Shown in pieces: positions 16,231 to 24,575 of a DNA stretch of 24,575 bases. Made by a program: the position numbers and the translations under genes. This DNA comes from Planctomycetales bacterium (lineage in GTDB: Bacteria; Planctomycetota; Planctomycetia; Pirellulales; Pb10988). Under the pieces are notes generated by a model. It saw nothing but the letters and a program-made list of their open reading frames with translations, did no database searches and was not told the origin of the DNA. The stretch covers positions 1 through 24,575 of the forward strand of contig JBJHDE010000006.1 in NCBI GenBank assembly GCA_050486385.1. The letters are read 5' to 3'. The first letter of the stretch is position 1. Every line of letters starts with the position of its first letter.

Positions 16231-16324
16231 GGGAACCTCGTGAGCTGGCGGATTGCGATGGCTGGGGTGTCGGGCTATGGTGGTGCGGGTTGGGTGGAGT
16301 GACGCTTGCAAGAAGGGGAACACG

Positions 16325-17788
16325 ATGCGCGGCTGGATGTTCGTAGCGCTAGTGCTGGTGCTGATGGGCCCGTTGCGGGCCGATGAGCGAAAGAATGTGA
16401 TTGTGCTGTTCGTCGACGATTGGGGCTGGACCGATGCGGCCTGCCTGGGCAGCGACCTGTACGAAACGCCCCACATCGATGCCTTCGCCGCCTCGGCCGT
16501 GCGGTTCACCGACGGCTATTCCGCTTGCACCGTGTGCTCGCCCAGCCGGGCGGCCCTGCTGACCGGGCTGTATCCGGCGCGTACCCGCGTCACCGACTGG
16601 ATTCCCGGCCACGACGCCAGCCGCAATCCCCGACAGCGGGCCCGCGTGCCCTTGCTGGTGCCCGACTGGACACAGAAGCTCGAACATCGACACACGACCC
16701 TGGCCGAGAGCCTCAAGGCGGCCGGCTACCATACGGCTCATATCGGCAAATGGCATCTCACGCCGCGTTCGGACGATCCCCAAGTGGTCAGCGAGTATTA
16801 TCCCGAGCGGCACGGTTTTGATATCAACATCGCCGGCAATCAGTGGGGCGCGCCTGGCAGCTACTTTTGGCCTTACAAGGGCCGGGGTGAAGGGCTGCGG
16901 CAGCGGGTGGCCAACTTCCCCGAGGGCGGCCAAGAAGGCGACTATCTGGACGAGATGCTCACCGATCATGCCGAGAAGCTGATTGAACAATGGAAAGATG
17001 AGCCCTTCCTGATTTACATGCCCTATTACCTGGTTCATACGCCCATTCAGGGCAAGCCCGAGCTGGTGAAAAAGTACCAGCAAAAGATTGCCCAACACGA
17101 AGGACCCCTGCGGCACAAGAATCCCGGCTACGCCGCGATGGTGGAAACCCTGGACGGTTCAGTCGGCCGGATTCTGGCCAAGCTCGAAGCGCTCGGCCTG
17201 GACGAGAAAACCGTGGTCGTCCTGACCAGCGACAACGGCGGGCTCAGCGTGTTCAACGGCCCTACGCACAATCACCCGCTCCGCGCGGGCAAGGGCAGCG
17301 CGTATGAAGGCGGCACCCGGGTGCCGTTTATGATTCGAGCGCCCGGAGTGACTCAGCCGGGCGGGGTGTGTGCCGAGCCGGTGATCGGCGTCGATATTCT
17401 GCCCACGATTCTGAGCCTCACCGGCACCACCGAGCACGGTCCCCAGGTCGAGCTTGATGGCCTGGACCTGACCCCAGTCTTGCGGGACCCGATGGCCCAA
17501 CTCGACCGCGAAACGCTGTTCTGGCACTATCCGCATTATCATCCGGGCGGGGCCGAGCCCTACAGTGCGATCCGCGCCCGCGATTGGCTGCTGGTGCAGT
17601 TTCATCATGACATGCGGGTCGAGTTGTACAATCTTCGCGATGATCTGGGGCAGACCCGCGACTTGAGCGAGACCGAGGCTTCGATCCGTGACCGGCTGGC
17701 GGCCCAGCTCAATACCTGGCGGAAAGACGTCGACGCCCAGATGCCCACCCCCAACCCCGATTATCAACCCGACGCGGCCACGAATTGA
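16325..17788 (+). CDS. Secreted sulfatase (arylsulfatase A-like, formylglycine-dependent)
   Basis: NVIVLFVDDWG, CSPSRAALLTG (CxPxR), GKWHL, SDNGG, GKGSAYEGGTRVP, ELYNL..D motifs; signal peptide MRGWMFVALVLVLMGPLRA; start at ATG 16325 after aagaagggga. Confidence 0.95.
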   Translation: MRGWMFVALVLVLMGPLRADERKNVIVLFVDDWGWTDAACLGSDLYETPHIDAFAASAVRFTDGYSACTVCSPSRAALLTGLYPARTRVTDWIPGHDASRNPRQRARVPLLVPDWTQKLEHRHTTLAESLKAAGYHTAHIGKWHLTPRSDDPQVVSEYYPERHGFDINIAGNQWGAPGSYFWPYKGRGEGLRQRVANFPEGGQEGDYLDEMLTDHAEKLIEQWKDEPFLIYMPYYLVHTPIQGKPELVKKYQQKIAQHEGPLRHKNPGYAAMVETLDGSVGRILAKLEALGLDEKTVVVLTSDNGGLSVFNGPTHNHPLRAGKGSAYEGGTRVPFMIRAPGVTQPGGVCAEPVIGVDILPTILSLTGTTEHGPQVELDGLDLTPVLRDPMAQLDRETLFWHYPHYHPGGAEPYSAIRARDWLLVQFHHDMRVELYNLRDDLGQTRDLSETEASIRDRLAAQLNTWRKDVDAQMPTPNPDYQPDAATN

Positions 17789-17967
17789 CCTCGGGGTATT
17801 GGCGGGACGACTGAGCCCCGCGTGTGTGGCTTGACGGCGCGAGTGGCTTGACGGCACGGCGACGATGCCGAATCATAGGGGTCTGACCCGACCGCCGCCG
17901 ATCGGCCCGCCTGGGCCTGCCCGGGGTGAACGGGTTTGTTGAGTGCCCCTGACTTGGAGGAATCCCC

Positions 17968-18555
17968 GTGGCGATTGTGACCGTACCGGACGAAGGGCGC
18001 AAGCTGGAGCAGACCGAGCAGATTGTGGACTTCTTGCGGCCGTTTGGCATCTGGTACGAACAATGGGACGTGGCCGCCCCGCGGGTCAGCCCCGAGGCGA
18101 CCAACGAGGAGATTCTGGCCGCCTACGAGCCCGAGATCGCCCGGCTCAAGCAGCAAGGCGGCTACGTCACGGCCGACGTCATCAACGTCACGGCCGACAC
18201 GCCCAACTTGCAGGCGATGCTCGACAAGTTCAACAAAGAGCACACCCATAGCGAAGACGAAGTGCGGTTCATCGTCAAAGGCCGCGGGGTGTTTCACATC
18301 CATCCCGAAGGCGGACCGGTGTTCGCCATCCAGATGGAGGGCGGCGACCTGATCAACGTGCCGGCCGGCACCCGACATTGGTTCGACCTGTGCGAGGATC
18401 GGCAGATCCGGGCGATTCGCCTGTTTCTGGATGCCAGCGGATGGACGCCGGAGTACGTGGACGATCCGGTCCACGAGCGGTTCCAGCCGTTGTGCTTTGG
18501 CCCCACCTACCTGGGGCCCGAGGTCGACACCGGCGGGCCAATCGTCAAACCGTGA
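17968..18555 (+). CDS. mtnD: Acireductone dioxygenase (methionine salvage, cupin fold)
   Basis: [11 protein letters not shown] and [14 protein letters not shown] metal-binding motifs, [18 protein letters not shown]; GGAGGA SD before GTG 17968. Confidence 0.93.
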   Translation: MAIVTVPDEGRKLEQTEQIVDFLRPFGIWYEQWDVAAPRVSPEATNEEILAAYEPEIARLKQQGGYVTADVINVTADTPNLQAMLDKFNKEHTHSEDEVRFIVKGRGVFHIHPEGGPVFAIQMEGGDLINVPAGTRHWFDLCEDRQIRAIRLFLDASGWTPEYVDDPVHERFQPLCFGPTYLGPEVDTGGPIVKP

Positions 18556-19070
18556 GCCAGACGCATCCGGCCACTTGGGACGTAGAGCGGCTGCTGGCCG
18601 AGTGCCAGGAGCGGCGGTTGCGGCGTCAGGGGCCCGGTGGTCAACATCGCAACAAGGTCGAGACCGCCGTTCAGTTGACCCACGAGCCCACCGGCATTGT
18701 GGCCGAGGCCAACGAACGCCGCAGCCAACAGGAAAACCGGACCGAGGCCGTGTTCCGCTTGCGGGTCAAGCTGGCCCTGGAGGTGCGTTTGCCGCTTCCG
18801 CCCGCGGAAATGCCAGTGGAACCCAGTGAGCTGTGGACCGGCCGACGGCGACAAGGCCGGATTGAGTGCAACGCCCACCACGCCGACTTTCCCGCCTTGC
18901 TGGCCGAGGCCCTGGACACCCTGGCCCGCTACGCCTGGGAACCTGGCGATGCCGCCGAGGCCCTGGGCTGCACGAGTTCGCAACTCATCAAGTTTCTCAA
19001 GAAAGAGCCCAAGGCCCTGCTGCTGGTCAATCGGCACCGGCAGGAACTCGGCCGACGCCCCTACACCTGA
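18552..19070 (+). CDS. Class I peptide chain release factor-like protein (GGQ domain) with C-terminal helical/HTH-like extension
   Basis: [23 protein letters not shown]...RRSQQENR is the RF-1 domain 3 signature; GTG 18552 overlaps the mtnD stop (GTGA); C-terminal [17 protein letters not shown] looks HTH-like. Confidence 0.85.
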   Translation: MSQTHPATWDVERLLAECQERRLRRQGPGGQHRNKVETAVQLTHEPTGIVAEANERRSQQENRTEAVFRLRVKLALEVRLPLPPAEMPVEPSELWTGRRRQGRIECNAHHADFPALLAEALDTLARYAWEPGDAAEALGCTSSQLIKFLKKEPKALLLVNRHRQELGRRPYT

Positions 19071-19117
19071 GCCTTCCCGGGCGATGTCTGATCGGTCCTG
19101 GGCGATCCCTGGACAAA

Positions 19118-19133
19118 TGTTTCACGTGAAACA
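19118..19133. other. parS centromere site 1
   Basis: Perfect palindrome TGTTTCACGTGAAACA, identical to the widely conserved chromosomal ParB-binding consensus. Confidence 0.9.
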
Positions 19134-19208
19134 ATCGAGTGAGCTACTCGGCTTTAGTCCTTTTGGCAGAAATCCCGGGCCATTCGGTGTCGCCAAACAG
19201 TGGACAAA

Positions 19209-19224
19209 TGTTTCACGTGAAACA
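19209..19224. other. parS centromere site 2
   Basis: Second perfect TGTTTCACGTGAAACA, 91 bp downstream; both are embedded in an identical 26-mer tggacaaatgtttcacgtgaaacaat (19110-19135, 19201-19226). Confidence 0.9.
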
Positions 19225-19256
19225 ATTTGGCCCACGGTCGCGGCCCCCGGCAAGGC

Positions 19257-19901
19257 TCAGCGGACGAGGCGGACCTTGTTGATGGCCGCTTCGAGCTTGG
19301 GCTTGAGCGTCTCGTAGCGGCGATCGAGCGAGCGGTTGAGCACGTTGCGGATCGTCCCGCGGAAGGCGTCGATGATGTCGTTGCTGAACTTCACGCCGTG
19401 CAGGCGGCCGTCGAGTTCGGTGATCTGGGCCTCCGACAGGCCGCGAAGGTCGTAGTGGCAGTGGCCTTCGATGACGAAGTGCCCGTGGGCCTCGCCCTTG
19501 ATCTTGACCGGAGGCAGCCGCGAGACGTCGACCTCGGCGATGAACTTGGCTCGCCCGTAGGCCACGAGCAAAAAGTCCAGCCGGTTGCCTTGAATGTCCA
19601 GCCGGCGGAGATCGATGTTGAGGTTCTGATCGGGGTCGTCCAGATACACCGTGGACTTGGTGGTACGGGTCCAACGGGCCACCGCCAGGCCCACGCGGCG
19701 GCGGCGGGACTCGACCCGCTCGTTGGTCCAGGCGGTTTCGGGACTGTCGTGCAGGGCCAGTTCGCGGTGAATGGCCTCGCTGACCAGCGTCCGCAACCAG
19801 TCGGGCGCGGGGATCGGGGCGTCTTCGGCGTGGGCCGATGCGGCCCAACCGATCACCACGACGGCAAGTGCTGGGGCGATGGTCGCCAAGACTCTATTCA
19901 C
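19257..19901 (-). CDS. Secreted hypothetical protein (~214 aa)
   Basis: GTG 19901 with GAGG upstream gives a signal peptide (NRVLATIAPALAVVVIGWAASAHA-ED); beta-rich core and long amphipathic C-terminal helix. ORF-track start 20093 overlaps thyX and is unlikely. Confidence 0.75.
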   Translation of the reverse strand: MNRVLATIAPALAVVVIGWAASAHAEDAPIPAPDWLRTLVSEAIHRELALHDSPETAWTNERVESRRRRVGLAVARWTRTTKSTVYLDDPDQNLNIDLRRLDIQGNRLDFLLVAYGRAKFIAEVDVSRLPPVKIKGEAHGHFVIEGHCHYDLRGLSEAQITELDGRLHGVKFSNDIIDAFRGTIRNVLNRSLDRRYETLKPKLEAAINKVRLVR

Positions 19902-20053
19902 AAGCGCGGCCTCTCTCACGGGGCGGACCCCAGCACCTTGGCCGGTGGGGCGGCTCGCTGAGCGAAGCCTCCACCGCGGCGGTGCCAGAAATGCGGAACC
20001 ACGGACTTGCCAGCCGTTCGCGGCGATCCCGAGGTGATCGCCGACGGTGCGGG

Positions 20054-20956
20054 CTACTCGACCAACCCCAGCCGTCGCAGCTTGGCCAGGCATTCGTCGC
20101 GCTCGCGGCAGCGGGTCAGGCCCTGCCAGGGCTCAGGCTGCACATCAAGCAAGTCCTGTTCCGAGAGTCGAGTTCCCGACCCCAATTCGGTGAGTTTTGC
20201 CGTAAGCCGTTGAATGACCGCTACATCCAGGCCGGTTAGATGCAATCCTTCCAGCCGGTAGTCGCGAAAGGCTTCCCAACACAAGGGCAACAGCGGTTGC
20301 ACAATCTGCTCGCCCAGCGTGGTCGCATAGGCCCGGATCTCGGCCTGGGCGTGGCTGTCCATTCGCAAGGCCAGAAAATGGAACAGGTTATGCAGATCGA
20401 TCTTCCAGTACGCCTCGGTGTACGTCGACAGCGGCAGGTCCTTGCGGGCTTGCTCGCGAGCCACGCCCGCGGCGATGCGGCGTTCGTACTCGGTGTGGGC
20501 GTGGCGGATCAAATCGGCCTCGCCCGCCGAGAGTTCGCGACCCAGCTCCTCGGGAAGCATGCCTTCGGAGCCTTGCCGGTTCGACGCCGATTGCGTCCGC
20601 CAAGCCTCGGCCGGCGTGTGCTGGGCGGTGTCGATGGCCAGCGAGTACCGCGTGCTGTACTCATTGACGTTGGCCGTGCGATGGCGAATCCACTGCCGCC
20701 AACAATCCATGGGCACCCGGACCAGAAACTTCAGCTCGACCATCTCGAACGGCGTCGAGTGCCGATGCCGCATGAGATAACGGATCAGCGTGCGATCGTC
20801 GCTGACCTTGCGGGTGCCGGCCCCGTAGCTCACCCGGGCGGCCTGGACCACGGCCGAGTCGTCGCCCATCACATCGACCAGGCAGACGAAACCATCGTCC
20901 AACACCGGAAATCGCTGCCAGCGGAGTTGTTCGAGCAGGTCCTGGTCGGCGGTCAT
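20054..20956 (-). CDS. thyX: FAD-dependent thymidylate synthase ThyX
   Basis: VQAARVSY, LMRHRHSTPFE, ThyX motif RHRTANVNEYSTRY (RHRx7SxR), REQARKDLP, HFLALR...HAQAEIR. Confidence 0.97.
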   Translation of the reverse strand: MTADQDLLEQLRWQRFPVLDDGFVCLVDVMGDDSAVVQAARVSYGAGTRKVSDDRTLIRYLMRHRHSTPFEMVELKFLVRVPMDCWRQWIRHRTANVNEYSTRYSLAIDTAQHTPAEAWRTQSASNRQGSEGMLPEELGRELSAGEADLIRHAHTEYERRIAAGVAREQARKDLPLSTYTEAYWKIDLHNLFHFLALRMDSHAQAEIRAYATTLGEQIVQPLLPLCWEAFRDYRLEGLHLTGLDVAVIQRLTAKLTELGSGTRLSEQDLLDVQPEPWQGLTRCRERDECLAKLRRLGLVE

Positions 20957-21251
20957 CGGCTTGGGCTCCCAGCAGGCAGAATCCGAGCATCGTGTCGGCC
21001 CGAGCCCTCGCGGTCAACCGGCGGGAATCGCCGCAGGCCGCATCCCCAGGAATCCACGGACGGATGGGGCAGACCAGTCCTTCGGCGGGGTCCTGGATTG
21101 TGGCCGGCAGAGCGGAACATGCTCGACCCGCGCAACAAAGCAGCCCCGCCAATCCCGACGTCGGACCAGCAGGGCTGCTTGATTGTCGTTCGCGCGAACC
21201 CGTGTTTACACACGCCCACGCGATCTCACTTCAATACCGGTGCGATGAACC

Positions 21252-23735
<2,484 letters not shown>

Positions 23736-23761
23736 TTAACGCCCCAAGAGCTAGAATTCCA

Positions 23762-23798
23762 ATGCATTCGAGGCCTTGCTTCGATGCATCCCGTGCAT
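23762..23798. promoter_or_regulatory. Putative OxyR/LysR operator in the katG-oxyR divergent intergenic region
   Basis: ATGC-N7-GCCT-N7-ATGC-N7-GCAT: four tetranucleotides at the spacing of the OxyR operator, forming two T-N11-A-like LysR boxes, ending 18 nt before the oxyR ATG. Confidence 0.7.
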
Positions 23799-23816
23799 CG
23801 ATCCCGGAGACCGTTC

Positions 23817-24575
23817 ATGGAACTCGATCAACTCCGCTACTTCCTGCGGATCGCCGAGTGGCAGTCCTACACCCGGGCCGCCGAAGAGCTGGGCATCTCG
23901 CAGAGTTCGCTCAGCAGGTCCGTTCAAAAACTGGAAGAAGAACTCGGCCAACCCGTGTTCGAGCGCCGGACTCGTTCGGTCTCGCTGACTGATGCGGGCG
24001 CGCTGTTGCAGGCCCGGGCCCATCAGGTGCTGGCGATTGTCGAGGACACCAAGGCGGAGATGACCGACGATGGACAAAGCGGCCGCATCCGCGTGGGGGC
24101 CATTCCCACCATTGCCCCGTACTTCCTGCCGGGCGTGCTGCGGCGGTTCTCCAGGGCGTTTCCCAAGGCCACGCTCATTGTGCAGGAACACACCACCGAC
24201 GCCCTGCTCCGCAGCTTGACCCAGGGCGAAATCGATCTGGCCGTCATTGCACTGCCGGTACCGGCGAAATACCTGGAAGTGGAAGAACTGTTTGACGAAG
24301 AACTGCTGCTGGTCCTGCCGCCAGACCATGCCCTGGTGAAAAAAGACAAGATTCGGCTCAGCGATGTCAAGCCGTATCCTTTTATCCTGCTGGATGAAGC
24401 CCACTGTCTGTCGGACAATATCGTTTCCTTCTGTCGACAGCGCTCGTTTCAACCGGTGGCCGTCGAGCGGACCAGCCAACTGGTCATGGTGCAGGAACTG
24501 GTTTCGCTGGCGCATGGAATCTCGATGATTCCGGCCATGGCGCGGAAGCTCGATCAGAGCGATCGCCGCGTGTAC
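23817..24575 (+). CDS. oxyR: LysR-family hydrogen peroxide-responsive regulator OxyR (3'-truncated by the window; absent from the ORF track)
   Basis: Hand translation from ATG 23817: [44 protein letters not shown] (LysR HTH), [14 protein letters not shown], and [16 protein letters not shown] with the two cysteines spaced as OxyR C199/C208; divergent from katG. Confidence 0.92.
   Translation, partial: MELDQLRYFLRIAEWQSYTRAAEELGISQSSLSRSVQKLEEELGQPVFERRTRSVSLTDAGALLQARAHQVLAIVEDTKAEMTDDGQSGRIRVGAIPTIAPYFLPGVLRRFSRAFPKATLIVQEHTTDALLRSLTQGEIDLAVIALPVPAKYLEVEELFDEELLLVLPPDHALVKKDKIRLSDVKPYPFILLDEAHCLSDNIVSFCRQRSFQPVAVERTSQLVMVQELVSLAHGISMIPAMARKLDQSDRRVY

Noticed and set aside
15199-16302. Several 65-197 aa ORFs in the long intergenic region (e.g. 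15384..15929 -, 15709..16302 +)
   Set aside because: They run through the repeats, lack codon bias, SD sites and recognisable motifs; no transposase or reverse transcriptase fragment could be recognised.
17790-17967. SAM riboswitch upstream of mtnD
   Set aside because: No recognisable SAM-I/II/SAH core motifs by eye; an Rfam scan would be needed to exclude rarer classes.
19110-19226. Possible mini-CRISPR (26 bp repeat, 65 bp spacer)
   Set aside because: The repeat core is the exact parS consensus, the spacer is too long and there are only two units.
21138-21180. aagcagccc...gggctgctt inverted repeat between katG and thyX as a terminator
   Set aside because: 25 nt loop and no clear U-tract on the minus strand; insufficient support.

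Overview
High-GC bacterial chromosomal window, most consistent with a Planctomycete (Pirellulales-like; inferred from gene content and protein style, not from a search). It opens with the 3' 7.35 kb of a giant surface protein (LamG-like tail, three tandem blocks of autotransporter-associated beta-strand repeats, an inserted lectin-like domain, RTX-like GDGDD repeats, no beta-barrel). It continues with mnmG, two exported/membrane hypotheticals, an accessory stretch (HEPN-like gene coupled to a possible degenerate nucleotidyltransferase, a CsrA with C-terminal extension and an RHH/HicB-like gene), a 1.3 kb repeat-rich intergenic region, a sulfatase, mtnD coupled to a GGQ release-factor-like gene, two perfect parS palindromes, thyX, and a divergent katG/oxyR pair (oxyR truncated). 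mnmG plus parS suggest an origin-proximal location. The most notable unexplained signals are (i) a ~250 bp dispersed element with imperfect terminal inverted repeats and a central hairpin, present as two full and two partial copies, (ii) the HEPN-like/MNT-like pair next to the RHH-CsrA module, and (iii) the GGQ-plus-HTH protein coupled to mtnD. All family assignments were made by eye from motifs; no database searches were run.
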